This document shows positions 12,791 to 24,617 of a stretch of 64,000 nucleotides of DNA, piece by piece. The stretch lies in NCBI RefSeq assembly GCF_006345805.1, contig NW_021835992.1:248001-312000 (forward strand), written 5' to 3'. Position numbers and translations under genes: made by a program. The DNA is from Octopus sinensis. Taxonomy: Eukaryota. Within the stretch, counting starts at the first letter, position 1. The number at the start of each line of letters is the position of its first letter. The notes below the pieces were generated by a model. It had not been told where the DNA came from. It was given only the letters and a program-made list of their open reading frames with translations, and did not search any database.

Positions 12791-13284
12791 ATAATTTTAT
12801 CATTTAAGGGAAATTTCCATAATTGTGATTAGTCCTTCAAAAATTTCGATAAAAAATCGACATATAAATAATCAATCTATAAATAATCAATCGACATATA
12901 TTCAAAAATTTCGAATTGCTGCTTTTCTGCCATAAATATTTTGTTCCCAGCAGTATAATTAAAAAAATTCCCTGTGAAAAAAAGAAATCCGTTGACAGGG
13001 AAATATTTTTTGAATAATGAAATATATAGAGAGTCATGGACTATAAAATACAAAAATCAACAATTCATTTATAAAATATTAATGAATTGGTGACGGATTA
13101 ATCCATTAACTCAAATAATAATAGAAATAAACAACAAACACAAATAAATAAACTGAACTACAACAAAAAAAGCAACGTGGACTTAAGATAATAATTTATA
13201 ATATTATAGGTGCATTCTTAAAAATACTAATTAATTTAATTAATAAAATTTCAATAATAAATTGATTAGAGGTAGGAGGTCCCA

Positions 13285-13440
13285 TTTCTACATATGTGTC
13301 GTGCCAGATGGACTCGTCGCCTCACTGGTGGGAACGGTGACAAGACTTGACCCCAACTGGAAATTTACGTTTTTCGGGATAGAACCCACCACCTTTGTAT
13401 TCCGACATCCAAGCATAGTCTTCAGCCCCGTTGGCTAAAG
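13285..13440 (-). mobile_element. tRNA-derived SINE-like element, copy A
   Basis: Minus strand has A-box-like TAGCCAACGGGGCTGAAG and B-box-like GGTTCTATCCC, followed by a body shared with 29735-29895 (plus strand tgtgtcgtgccaga.g.actcgtcgcctc...ccccaact.gaaa). Confidence 0.6.
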
Positions 13441-13534
13441 AATGATTATTAATAGAGACGCATTATTTGGTGGTCTTGAATAGATTTTAAACACATATCT
13501 TCTGAACTGGCTTTGAAACCGTATTAAAAAACAA

Positions 13535-13605
13535 AGTTAGTTGCTAGCTAGGCTAAGTGGCTGAAAGGTTAGTCGAGAGTTTAAAGGTCAGCTCCTTTTT
13601 GACAC
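13535..13605 (+). repeat. Dispersed repeat family; other copies 29028-29130 (+) and 62492-62612 (-)
   Basis: Shared core gctagc....g...gg(c/t)tgaaag..tagt..agag..taa; the latter two copies also share gtttccgcgga.cac...cgagatt.gct.aaa. Confidence 0.55.
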
Positions 13606-14066
13606 ATAGGCCTAGCACTAGCGAAGGTGGGTTGCTTCAGGTCTTGGGTAGCATCGTCTTCGAAAAAGAATTGCCGCATTTATTAGAACATCAACATCCG
13701 TTTATAGTTCATATAAAAAGCTCACACTAAAGGATGTTTAGATATTTGTTAAAATAGCATGGGAAGATGTATCGCAACGTATCATTTCAAATTGTTTCGG
13801 AATTCTAAATAATGATGACGTGAAAAATAAATCAGATTTTTTTTTATTTTCTTTAATTAAAAAAAAATTATGCTAACTGAAGTAGTTTCAGTTTTGAAAC
13901 GACCTGGCTTTTTCAGCGGAAATTGTTCGCGATATTACATGGAAATTACTTGTCCATCTGCTCTGTGACTCATCTAATTTAGTTAACTTCTCTTTTTCTT
14001 GTAGAAAATATAAGCGCCAAATGAAAAAAAAGTTTCTTTGAAAAATTGTCGATTTTATTCTCTGAT

Positions 14067-14128
14067 TGGCCATTTCTCAAATTGGCTAACAAAATTGAAG
14101 GAACCAAAAATGGCCAATTTGAGAGGGA
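14067..14128. repeat. Inverted-repeat (hairpin) repeat TCTCAAATTGGC...GGCCAATTTGAGA; related copies near 269-330 and 57243-57285
   Basis: ccctctcaaattggcc motif seen at three loci; 14074-14110 aligns with 57247-57283. Confidence 0.5.
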
Positions 14129-14162
14129 TTTAATTAATTATACAGAAGTTAACCGAATGTAT

Positions 14163-17100
14163 TTTTTTTTTTAACACTCTGAAACCAATAATAAATTAAT
14201 AGTTAATCAGAAACTAAGCAGATCTCACTCCAGCTCGCTGATATCCACTCTCCTTCTTTTGGAAGAAGAGTCTACTTCCAGCTGCCTCTTACTCCCCACT
14301 ACCACATCTGATTCAACTATTGCATCTTCTTTAGCATTCATTGGGTCGTCTTCATTTTTGCATGCCATCTCCACATACCGGTTGGAAGCAGAAGCGTATT
14401 CTTCACCAGATACCTTCATTCCGTGCTTGTGTTCGATCATCATACTCTCGAGCGTTCTTTTCAGTACAACGGATTGGATGTATGTCCTCGTTCCTGCTTC
14501 AATAGATAGTTTCTTCATATAATTTTTGAAGCATTTCGAGACAACTCCATCCCATGTCATAACCACAGGAATTATTTTTACTTGACAGCTATACAGAAGC
14601 GAAAGCTCACTTGCCAATAGGTCATACTTGTGACACTTTTCAACCTCCACTTGCTTGAGGCGATCCTGTGAAGTAATACCCACTTCAATTAGATTTATTT
14701 CGTTTCTGACTTTGTCGTGGACAAAGATATCTGGCTTGTTATATTCTACTTTTGTTTCGGTGAGGATTGTAGAATCAACCCTGATTTCAACTTTTCCCGT
14801 CGACAGTGTTGACTGAACAGAATGTCCCTTCAATCGTCTTGCTTTTTTGAGTCCATACATTCGGCACAAGTTAAGGTGAATACACTTCACAACTTCGTTG
14901 TGTCTCCGGAGATAATCACTGTTGAGCATTTTACCACACTGAGTAGCCATGTGGTCAACAGTTTTCTTGCTTTTCTTACAATGATTGCATAATGAGTCAG
15001 CGGATGCAAAGAACAAGTTTCGATCTTGCAAAAGACAATACAATGCTTCGCTTCGTGGCCCATTATTTCCATTAGATAGCCATTCTGAGGATGCAGGTAA
15101 ATCAACATTAGGTTCATCCACACATTTGAAAAGCACAGAATGTAGTGCTTTAGAACTAATTTTCTTTTGTAAATATTGTATCTGACTGGACTTTAGAGAC
15201 TCTATAGTAATACTCTTCTTATCAATAATTGCATATTTGGAGGATAGAAATCCTGCGATCATAGCCAAATGCCATTTATTCATTTTAATTACACGCAGAA
15301 TCCCCGCCCTCCGTAAGCATATAGTTGACATATTTTCCAGACTCGTAAGGAACTGAAAGAGCATTAGTTCACTTTTGAAAGTAACTGATGAAAGCCCTCT
15401 TCCAAGAGCCTTCCGGTTTAAATACAGTCTCTCTTTATTTGCAGGTTTGAGATGTAATCTGAGCGACGTAAGCAATTGCCGTATTTGTCTGTCAATATCA
15501 TCAAATTCAGAAGGTTCAATATTGATTAGCCCAATATAATAATTATATAGTGACAATGCATATTCATTTATAGCACGAAACAGATTCACAGAGTTGAGTT
15601 TTGTTTTCGATAGCATAGTTATCCTCTTCTTAACATTCTCAAAGATAGAGTCCATAACTCTATTCTTAAGAACATTGCTTCCACCATCTTCAAGTACACC
15701 CAAATACCGATATCCATTGATTCCGTCAATAGTCTTACAACATGATAATGATTCCAAATTAGACGCTGATTTTTCTGAATTCATCTCCAAACCAACAATT
15801 TTAAAAAATCCGTTAACAGCTTCCATCATTTTGAGTAAAGTGTCTTGTTTGAGAGCAAATATTTTTAGATCGTCAATAAATAGCAAATGATTAGTAGAAT
15901 ATGTTAACATATTGGGATCTTCCTGGTTAATTTCAAGTTTTGGAAACACGGAATTAAGGATCCTGCTTAGAGGATCTAATACCATAACAAATAGTAAAGG
16001 AGACAATGAGTCTCCCTGTAAAATTCCTCGGTTTAACTTCACTGATCCAATTCTTCTACCTTCCATATGCAGCTTTACTGCCCACTTCTTAACTACGCTC
16101 TTCACAAAGTTTACGATCCAAAGCGGGATTCCAGAACAATCCAAAACGTGAAACAAAAAATCATGATCAACTGAGTCATATGCTTTCTTCACATCGACCC
16201 AAGCAGAATAAAGGCCATTCCCGTACTCCTTGTTCAAACATTGGTTAATGAGAGCTTGCTCCTTGGCGCCTTGACAATACTTCCTCGTTCCAAGTTGGTT
16301 GTCTGAAATTAGGCCAAATGCCTCGACAAAATCAGCCAGTTTTACATTAACACATTTGGTGACAAGTTTATACAATGTCGGCATACACGTTATAGGACGT
16401 AAGTCCTTCGGGGTCTCACAATCATCTTTTTTAGGAATCAAATATGTTATTCCAGTGTAAAACCAACTTTCAGGCATGTACTCTCCATTAATTATTCGGG
16501 TTATCTCGTGACACAGAAATCCATGTAATGACTCCATCTTCTTAATGAAAAAGTTATATATCCCATCACATCCACATGCCTTCCAGTCAGGAAGATACTT
16601 AATAACATTTCCAAAAAACTCTTCCGTAAACTCTGGAAGCATATGTTCAGCACAAGTAGTTCGTTTTCCAACAACGTCATAAGATTGAGGCCTCTCATTT
16701 CTCTCGCTCCAGACTTTTTGCCAAAAAGAGACACATTCTTCATCATCAAATCCATACAGCGTCACTTCCTCTTTCTTTGTTAAGTCTCGATAGAATCTTT
16801 TTCGATTTAATTCAAAGCACTGATTATCCTTACGAAATTGCTTCCTTGAATTATGAACTTCTATTTTCTTATTGTTAATCCTAATCAGGTCTTGCAATAA
16901 TATCTGAATCCTCGACAGCTCACCTTTCTTAGTTTTCTTATACCCATAGCGACAGAGAACATCCATTACCTTTTGCTTTTCAGATGGAGGTAGTGTTTGA
17001 TTGGAATGGGAATTAACAATTTCCAATTCTGCAGATAATTTTGAAATTTTCTTTTCAATATTTTCTACCCATGTGCTCTGTGCTTTGTCTCTCATGGTTA

Positions 17101-17772
17101 GAGATAAATACGCACATTGAGCAGCATATAGAATATCAGAAATGCTATTGATATCATTAGGATGATTATCTTTCGTAATATAATATATCGCCGAATTCAA
17201 TCCTGTCAATATATCAGTTTTCAAATATTTATTTTGAATTTTTGGAGTTGGTTTACGTGAATCCCTTGGAATCGATTCAATATTCTTAATTTGTATATTC
17301 AACTCTTCTAGACACTTTCTAAAAGTGGAAATTTCTGAGCTCTCAAGAAATTGCTTCTGATGGCAATTGCTTCCATAATTATTATCCACTCTCATTCCTT
17401 TGAGTTGACTGAGACTTGCACTCTTCGAGAATTTTGAATTAAACTTCTCACGGATAAGGTTCCATCCACCTCTTGGTATCCTCCCAATTCTTTGCTTCGT
17501 GGCATAAACAATCTGAGACACCCACTCAGCTTCAGAAACACAAATAGCATCATCGATAATGGCCGAAAGGGAATGCAAGTTAGTTGGAATAGTAGGATTC
17601 CCAGCAATTGGATTGTCATGAATACTAGTCCTTGTGCTGTTATCCAGCCCCAGAGACGACACTCCTGCACTTGTTATGTTATTTTTATCCTTTTTCGCAG
17701 GAAGGCCCCTAGGATTCGATTTCCTCATATCATTAGGAACGGACATGCACAACACCACAACAACTATTATCT
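14163..17772 (-). mobile_element. Full-length, apparently intact RLE-type non-LTR retrotransposon (R4/Dong-like)
   Basis: 14-bp TSD TTAACCGAATGTAT at 14149-14162 and 17773-17786; oligo(A) tail (T-run 14162-14172); single uninterrupted ORF. Confidence 0.95.
14225..17746 (-). CDS. RT-RLE polyprotein of the intact element (1173 aa)
   Basis: First ATG inside the TSD-bounded element is 17746 (MSVPNDMRKS); the ORF-track start lies outside the TSD. RT motifs RGILQGDSLSPLLF and HLLFIDDLKIF; CNHC...DHMATQC knuckle; RHNEVV...KPDIFV...LIEVG...KCHKY endonuclease. Confidence 0.93.
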   Translation of the reverse strand: MSVPNDMRKSNPRGLPAKKDKNNITSAGVSSLGLDNSTRTSIHDNPIAGNPTIPTNLHSLSAIIDDAICVSEAEWVSQIVYATKQRIGRIPRGGWNLIREKFNSKFSKSASLSQLKGMRVDNNYGSNCHQKQFLESSEISTFRKCLEELNIQIKNIESIPRDSRKPTPKIQNKYLKTDILTGLNSAIYYITKDNHPNDINSISDILYAAQCAYLSLTMRDKAQSTWVENIEKKISKLSAELEIVNSHSNQTLPPSEKQKVMDVLCRYGYKKTKKGELSRIQILLQDLIRINNKKIEVHNSRKQFRKDNQCFELNRKRFYRDLTKKEEVTLYGFDDEECVSFWQKVWSERNERPQSYDVVGKRTTCAEHMLPEFTEEFFGNVIKYLPDWKACGCDGIYNFFIKKMESLHGFLCHEITRIINGEYMPESWFYTGITYLIPKKDDCETPKDLRPITCMPTLYKLVTKCVNVKLADFVEAFGLISDNQLGTRKYCQGAKEQALINQCLNKEYGNGLYSAWVDVKKAYDSVDHDFLFHVLDCSGIPLWIVNFVKSVVKKWAVKLHMEGRRIGSVKLNRGILQGDSLSPLLFVMVLDPLSRILNSVFPKLEINQEDPNMLTYSTNHLLFIDDLKIFALKQDTLLKMMEAVNGFFKIVGLEMNSEKSASNLESLSCCKTIDGINGYRYLGVLEDGGSNVLKNRVMDSIFENVKKRITMLSKTKLNSVNLFRAINEYALSLYNYYIGLINIEPSEFDDIDRQIRQLLTSLRLHLKPANKERLYLNRKALGRGLSSVTFKSELMLFQFLTSLENMSTICLRRAGILRVIKMNKWHLAMIAGFLSSKYAIIDKKSITIESLKSSQIQYLQKKISSKALHSVLFKCVDEPNVDLPASSEWLSNGNNGPRSEALYCLLQDRNLFFASADSLCNHCKKSKKTVDHMATQCGKMLNSDYLRRHNEVVKCIHLNLCRMYGLKKARRLKGHSVQSTLSTGKVEIRVDSTILTETKVEYNKPDIFVHDKVRNEINLIEVGITSQDRLKQVEVEKCHKYDLLASELSLLYSCQVKIIPVVMTWDGVVSKCFKNYMKKLSIEAGTRTYIQSVVLKRTLESMMIEHKHGMKVSGEEYASASNRYVEMACKNEDDPMNAKEDAIVESDVVVGSKRQLEVDSSSKRRRVDISELE

Positions 17773-17809
17773 TTAACCGAATGTATAATAATAGTAAAAA
17801 GAAGTTAAC

Positions 17810-18455
17810 CGAAAGTCTATACAAAGCAGTTCTGGTTGGGATTGTACTGATACGTGCCTCTACTGACCTTAATCTGAGACATACAAATATCGGAAGACAT
17901 TGGAAGCAGTATTTTAACCATTTTTTGCAGAAATATTATTCTTACTACTAGCTTGTCCACTACAACAACACAACAATCCTGGCCTGAATCACTAATTGTG
18001 ATTCATTTCTCTCATATTTGGTATTCACATTGAAAGGAAAATTATTATAGGCCAGTAGTGACAAATATAACTAAGAGGGTGATTCGATAGCTCATTAACT
18101 CAAACTCTCCATCAGGGGGGATAAATTGGATCACATTCTGCCTCTCAAAATCAGCCAAGAAAACACACTAGTGAAACTTGACGTCCTCCAACATGACAGA
18201 ATCTTGATTAGGGAATCACACAATCAACCAAAATTAGGCCTCTGTTCTTCATTTTAAAGCAAAATGACAGTTCAGGCATTCCACTAAGTTGAGTTTAAGC
18301 AGTCCTGTGCCGTAGTTACGCATAACATTCCCATTTGAGTTGATAAGGACATTACTCTTCTCAACAACATCCAAATAGAACGTGTTGTTGGAGTACTAGT
18401 GTCCTCTAAAACACGGAATCTCTCACGGAAGTGGGGACTTTGATCGCATCAGAAG
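17810..18455 (-). pseudogene. AP1M: Unprocessed pseudogene fragment of adaptor complex mu subunit (AP-1 mu-like)
   Basis: NNTFYLDVVEKSNVLINSNGNVMR, LSGMPEL, VMLEDVKFH*CVFLADFERQNVIQFIPPDGEFELMSYRI, VKILLPMSSD...; four TAG stops, at least two frameshifts, and a retained 26-nt intron. Confidence 0.85.
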
Positions 18456-18849
18456 AGAATTAAGCCTGGACCTAGGAAATTCTACTTTATCTGAAATTTT
18501 GAAAAATAACGGGAAAATAGTGATAACTCAAACACTTTTTATAGACAGGCTTCTAAAAATTTACTCAAAACAGAAAATTCTAAATACTTCCGGGGTCTAC
18601 GAAAAATTATTGTGCTCAACAAATAGATTTATGTCGAAGCTTAAAAGATACTGGGATCCCCTAGACAAGACATTCTTAACCTTTTTTGTTCATCGCCCCC
18701 TTTGAAATTTTATCGTCCCCTTGTCCGCATACGATTTAAAAATTTATGTGCATTATCCATTAATTGGTTGTTTTTTTGTATATAACTCAAAAATCAAAAT
18801 ATAAAACAATAAATCAAATGTAAAAAATAGAATTTTTATCAAAATGAAC

Positions 18850-19450
18850 TGGAAGATGCGCTCCTACGATTACATCCGCGATCTTAAAAGCAAATGAATC
18901 AAAAAGACAAGATGAAAAAGTCAACATATTTTCCTCAAACTTTCCAGAATGGTCACAAAACTACTGCGAATACTCAAAGATCAGCAAACAGATTCTCCCT
19001 CCGGTCACAAGGCTATTATTTACCTTCGTGGATAGATGTGAAATACAAACAGACAATAAATTCCCTGCGATAAGAAAATATGAAACTTGAGGATTGAAAA
19101 AAATTTATTTTAATCAAGTCTATATCTACAACCCAGTCCAAATCCTACCCAGATATTCCATCAAAAATAAACACAGGTCGAACAAGTCAGAAGTTTTTTA
19201 TTTAAAAAACCAAAGTTCTCTTCTATCTCGACCTGCCAGTTTAGGGAATCCCAAAACTTAAAATTTTGAAATAAAAGGAGGATACAAAGAAGGAAGAAAT
19301 AAAACGACCATCAATCATAAAACTCCCTACTCTCCCAAACAGTCGTTAATGCCAAACATAAAAAACCGGAGACAATAGTTCGAAGAAAGTCCGCATCTTT
19401 GAACCGACGACCTAATTCAGGAACCCAAAGAAATTTTGACAAGATCTTTC
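18850..19450 (+). mobile_element. Highly decayed LINE (Jockey/CR1-like) RT C-terminal remnant
   Basis: YNPVQILPRYSIK...VEQVR resembles the YxxPxWxP...IEKVQR motif; no intact frame. Confidence 0.3.
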
Positions 19451-19530
19451 AGCAAGACAAAAACAGAGATCTTCCCCTAGCCCTATCTACGATTAGCTAA
19501 AATAAAAAAACTCTTTACTTAAAATAAAGT

Positions 19531-19953
19531 ATGTCCCGGCTGTGCGAAGCTATAAAATACGGAAAGTGCAGTTTTTTTAAAGTGAGTACGAAGGTAGAAA
19601 TGTTAAATATTCCAGATGAATTTGAGTTTAAGACAGTTTTTTATTTGTAAAAAGTCAACAAAATTGAATTCCGACTTTGACAGACGTTTGGTGATTACAT
19701 AACTTGCAGTTTTTGATGTCACCCACGTGAACAATTATGCAAGAAGACAAGACTTGGAAGTAATGTTAAAGATGGAAATACTTTCTTTACGATGTTTTGT
19801 GACATGATCTCAATCTCTATAAACGTGATTATGTTTTTTAAAAAGAAGAAAAAATCATTTAAGAATAACTATTTAATTAAATCCACACTATTATTTTAGA
19901 TGAAAAAAGCGGTACAAAGAAAAGACAATCCTCGCCTCGGGAAAATATCGTAG
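19531..19953 (+). CDS. Putative small orphan gene with micro-introns, convergent with CFAP52
   Basis: Candidate 22- and 24-nt GT-AG introns give MSRLCEAIKYGKCSFFKVSTK-MNLSLRQFFICKKSTKLNSDFDR-LFDVTHVNNYARRQDLE, with an optional last exon MKKAVQRKDNPRLGKIS*. No family recognised. Confidence 0.3.
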
Positions 19954-20014
19954 ATGTGTATAGCACGAAAATATTGTGGAAATTTATTAGTCAAGTTAAT
20001 ATGTTAATGGAGCA

Positions 20015-22214
20015 TTATGCAGCACATATTTGGTTGGATTCAACCACTGGTGGATTTGATTCATTTTCAATACTGGGTGGCAATTCTACTTTGGAGTCCT
20101 CTTGAATCAATTTTTCTGGAAAATTCCATTTGAAGATGGATCCATCAGCAGCGACAGTGACAATGTACTTAGAGTTGGGACATATTTTGACTTTAAGAAT
20201 ACTACTGCCATGTCCTCTCCCTTGAAAGAGGACAGTCCCTTTATGATAGGACCATAACTAAGACATGTTGGGACAGGTCACCTTGACTAATTTGTCGTCC
20301 CCAGCAGTGACAAAGTACCTGCCACAACAGGAGACATCCATTCCATTAATAGCCCCGTCGTCTGAACTGATAACCTGTCTGATGGCTGATCCATCATAGA
20401 CCTCCCAGTAGCCGACTTGTCTGTCCGTCCCACTGGCAATAATCTGGACTTGGTTGTAGTCATAGCACAGACAATGGAAGAGTGTAGTGGCAAATATTAT
20501 TTGTTTCCGGGCAAATCGACTGGATGGTTAACCACACCTTACTCCAAGTCCCACACAATACAAGTCCCGTCTTTGCTCGATGAAATGGCCTCTCTGTCGT
20601 CGCTTTTTATTTTTATGCAGGTCACGGAGGCCTTGTGTTCTTTCAAAGTCACCAACAGACTTTGCCAGTCTGAACTGATTTTCCAAACTCGGACTTGCCC
20701 TTCGCCTACGAATATAAATCAGTCCCCAACCTCCCCCAGATATGATTTTTCCCGGCTCCGTCATTCCCGCCAAGGCTGTCACCCCTTGGCTGTGACAGTT
20801 CTCCATTGTGAATAAACTTCGGCCTGTTTTCGGGTAAAATCCGCGGATTCTTCCGTCGTTGAAACCGCCGAGAATACAATTCCCGCTGGCAGTGACAACC
20901 ACACAATTGCAAGTCATGTTTGGGACTTGTATCCTCAGTAACTCCTTGTTTTCCTCGGTCAGCCACACTCTGATTGTCTCGAAAGAGCACGTGAGGAATA
21001 AATCAGAACAGAATCTGACAGTTTTATACCAAATACTACGGCGCAAAAGTTATGTCATTTATTGGCCTTTGGTGGGTCGTGTTGAGTAGGTCACAGTTGA
21101 AGGACGTGTAGGTCACTCGATACACGTGTCCTATCGAGGTCCCCACATACATTTGGTGGCCTACTCCCCGCAATGAGATCGATGTTATTTTTTTTGGAAG
21201 ATCAATTTGTCTTGAATTTCATTTTGTTTGATTACCGTATTTTTGAATATGCTTTGCTTTTTTGTTCGAATTCCACCAGTTTTCCATCCCCCGTTCCAAC
21301 AATCAGGTTCCCCGATTTGAGGACCGCCAAAGAAGTCACCCCGAGACTAAACTTGTCCTTCCGCGGGAAAATTCCATTGAAGGTAAAAGTCCCAACATCC
21401 ACCACGAGTATATCCCCAGTTGTTGTCCCACAATAAATTCTGTTAATACCAATTCCCGCCTTAAATATTTATTCTTGCCATAACAACCGCCATGGAGATG
21501 ATCGATCGTCTGTTTTGGCCTAAGGAAACTTCGTTGGGGGTGATCGTCCTTTTTTCGGCAAGGAGGGTCCACACTCGAAGGGTGCCACTAAATGGGTTGG
21601 TTCGTAGGAATGTCACTTTCCCCCAGTGATGAAGACACGTGGGTCAATTGAGGAGCAGAGGAGAATCTGAGCACAGCCCGCACTGACTGCTTGTGCGGGG
21701 GAGCCACAAATGGCTTCTTTTTTGTCGAGACTCCACACAACGACTCTACGAGATATTTACTATTAATAAACGTCCCATCGTCTTGGTCGCCCAGAGAAAT
21801 CAAAAATGAACTGTCGGCTGTGAAGGATAGTGAGAGAGTCTTGACTTTATGGAGTTGTAGACTACAGTGCAATGTTTTCGTGTGATAGTCCCACACAAAT
21901 ATGTCAGACTGCACATATTTATCCCAAAATTACTTTAAATCCCATAAAAGTCTCATTTCCGGCAGCCACGTACTTTCCGTCATTGGAGATGGCCAGACAA
22001 CTTATTTTATTTCTGCTTCCACTGAGAAACTGCTGCTGACCAGTGAGGATATTCTCCACAATGACAGTGCATCCCAAGGCAAACAAAATGTTCTCCTCAT
22101 CCCTGTGTACTAATAGGCCACCAGGGACAGTCCCTAGATGTATTAACTGAGTTTTATTTCCAAACCATTAAATCCTATTATTTTCGATAAAACCAATTCC
22201 TCTGTATTCCCCAT
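20015..22214 (-). CDS. CFAP52: Cilia- and flagella-associated protein 52 (WDR16), 645 aa, 11 exons
   Basis: Ten GT-AG introns (32,25,26,29,28,25,25,25,23,24 nt) yield one frame: IIGFNGTVPGGL...TFMGFKSDIFVWDY...DDGTVVVWSLDKKEAICGSPA...ELLRIQVPNMTC...SGTDRQVGYWEVYDG..., colinear with CFAP52. Confidence 0.93.
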
Positions 22215-23524
22215 TTTATCTAAGCAACATTTATTTTATAATAATTTTACTCACAATAAAATTTTAGCAAAAGATAATTTCATTTTAAATCATTAGATCT
22301 AAATTGGTTATGTTTCTGTTGCCTGTAAAAATATTGACTGTCCCCGAAACATGGACGATTGCCTGTTCCACGAGAATTGTACCTTTTTGCTAACTGATTA
22401 GTTAAACTACAAAGGAAAGGGAACAGCCACGTGAGAATTCTCCTGCCTTCAGTCACCAGGACAATGCCATATACTTTTCCCGAATTTCGATACTTCTTAC
22501 ATTTAAAATATGTTTTGATAAACTAGTCTTTAATACTGAAAATCTAGGAACGAAAAATTGAGTTCTAAATTAAAGAAACTGTTATTTACTAGAAGAACGA
22601 AAGATATATTCAAAAGAATCAAATGCACATTTATCTCTGATTTTCGTTTCTGTTCATTGAACGTTTTTTAGAAAGTAATATTTAATGATTTTATTTGACT
22701 AAAATATCATCTCTAAACAGAAATTTTGAATTTAAATTAAAAGTTCAAATTTAAAACTCTAAATCAAAAAACGAAAATTTTCATCAGTTCCAGATTAAAT
22801 AAAACATGAAACAGTTTAAGTAATTCATCTTGGGCGTACTTTGTACATTTTGGGTTTCAAATCATATTCCAAAATTCCTTTACCATGGTCAACATAATTA
22901 AGCCCTACCAACCTATTGTTTACGTTTTTAACTACTCAATCCTGGTTTTAATCAGACTGGAATTCAACATTTCTTTGAGAGGAAGTTTAGATCGATTTCC
23001 AACACTTTTTGTAGTCTTTAAAGAATTTTTTTAATTTTTAATTTTTTCATTTGCCCCAGTTAACTATTTCAGGTGATCCCAGCCTCTTTTAGAAACCTTT
23101 GCATCTTTTCTCTGTGTTCTACAGCGCATTGTCTAAGAGATCGGGGATCCCGAACATGGATTTTTTTCCTGAGGTCTCCACCGTTTTCTTTCATGATTTC
23201 TTCTAGTCCCTTTGGTTGATTTTTGTTCCCCGTCTTGATAAAAACATTTATTTTTCGATAAAAACAAAATAATTTAAAGACGGATGTATTGTAAAAATAT
23301 CAGGAAAATAATCAAACAGTGAGCATTTAAATGGCCTTTTTTAATAAATAGTAAATTTGATTTTCAGTAAATTTAACTAGAGGCAGTATTATCAGACACC
23401 AAGTCAGTTTTGCCTTTTCATTTTTATACTGTTATTAATTGCTATATTTTGTGATTATTAAGCCCCCAATATTCTGCATTATTTTCAACCAAAGTTCCTT
23501 AAATAGCCTGCCGTAAATTATATA

Positions 23525-24380
23525 CAGTGAACATCAGTCAATTGGATATCGGTAAATTTCATAAATCGGTTAATGGCATAAATTTATGTTTAAAACCATA
23601 ATTTATATGCTTTCCATTCAAAATATATCGGTTAATTGCATACTCTCATTGAAAACATTTACTATTTTTTCTTTAAAAAATTTTCGCATAATTTCATAAT
23701 TATAATTTGTAATTTAAAAATTAATTATCATCACACATGTCATTATCGTTACTTCGTCATCATAAACATTCTCAAAAATTTGAAATAATAAATTTGTTTA
23801 TTTATGGAGGTCAAACTCAGGCAGTTCTATCTGCAACATCCAACTGTTCTCACTTACAAGTTTCATGATTTTGAAGAATAGAGAAGAAATTATGTTATTG
23901 GCTAAATCTAATTGGACCAATTTTAGTCGCAAAAGACGACGAGATGGTGAGTTTGGAAATGTCACAGTCCAGACCTGCGAGATGCCAGGGCCGTGAGGTA
24001 CTGCTTAAAATCTCAAAAAACATTTTTTCAGAAAACTTTTTATTGGTAGAAATTATCAATATTGATATAAGACATTGTTTGTGATTACAACTATGCTATC
24101 CACGATACAACAAACCAAAAACTATTCAAAATTTTTTTCAATGTGGATCTTTCTAAAAAATATTTAAAAAAGGGAATTGGAAGCACTATTAGATTTTGAC
24201 GTCCAAAATGAAGACGAGGAAATCCATTTTACTTCGCTTCAAGCAAATTTGGAGGGACAAGAAAAACGAAGAATTGCTATCATAAATATTCTGTATTAAA
24301 TTATTGGATGATTCAATATATCGGCTAATGGCATAAGATTATACGTAAACAAATGTTATACAATTATCAGATGTTTACTG
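23525..24380. mobile_element. Non-autonomous pogo/Tigger-like element
   Basis: TA-flanked TIRs CAGTGAACATC / GATGTTTACTG (10/11 match); three subterminal atcgg(c/t)taat(g/t)gcata repeats; interior holds a decayed integrase-like segment (~24000-24140). Confidence 0.65.
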
Positions 24381-24617
24381 TATTTTAAAATTTTCTTAAT
24401 ATTTAGTTCATCAGATAAAACCATAGATTTGCTTCCTCTGAAACAAAAATGTAACCGTCAAGTGTAAAACTAATTCTAAGGATATGCACTCTAATATGCA
24501 GTTTCCTCCCAGAATAACAAATCAAGGTTAATTTTTTTGAGATTTGTTTAAAATAACGTTAAATTTGCGGTAACTTTTGTCAATTCCGATCTCACGTAAT
24601 GGAAAAGTCACATTTAA

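Noticed and set aside
14259-17776. Plus-strand ORFs opposite the RT ORF (and similar antisense ORFs over Notch, CFAP52 and CRE elements)
   Set aside because: Shadow ORFs of the real coding strand with no independent motifs.
17747-17824. ORF-track N-terminal extension MYRLSVNFF... of the 1199-aa ORF
   Set aside because: It runs through and beyond the TSD into flanking DNA; the real start is ATG 17746.
22300-22520. Small Cys-rich (cystatin-like) gene divergent from CFAP52
   Set aside because: No start-to-stop model without internal stops; the similarity is limited to one short motif.
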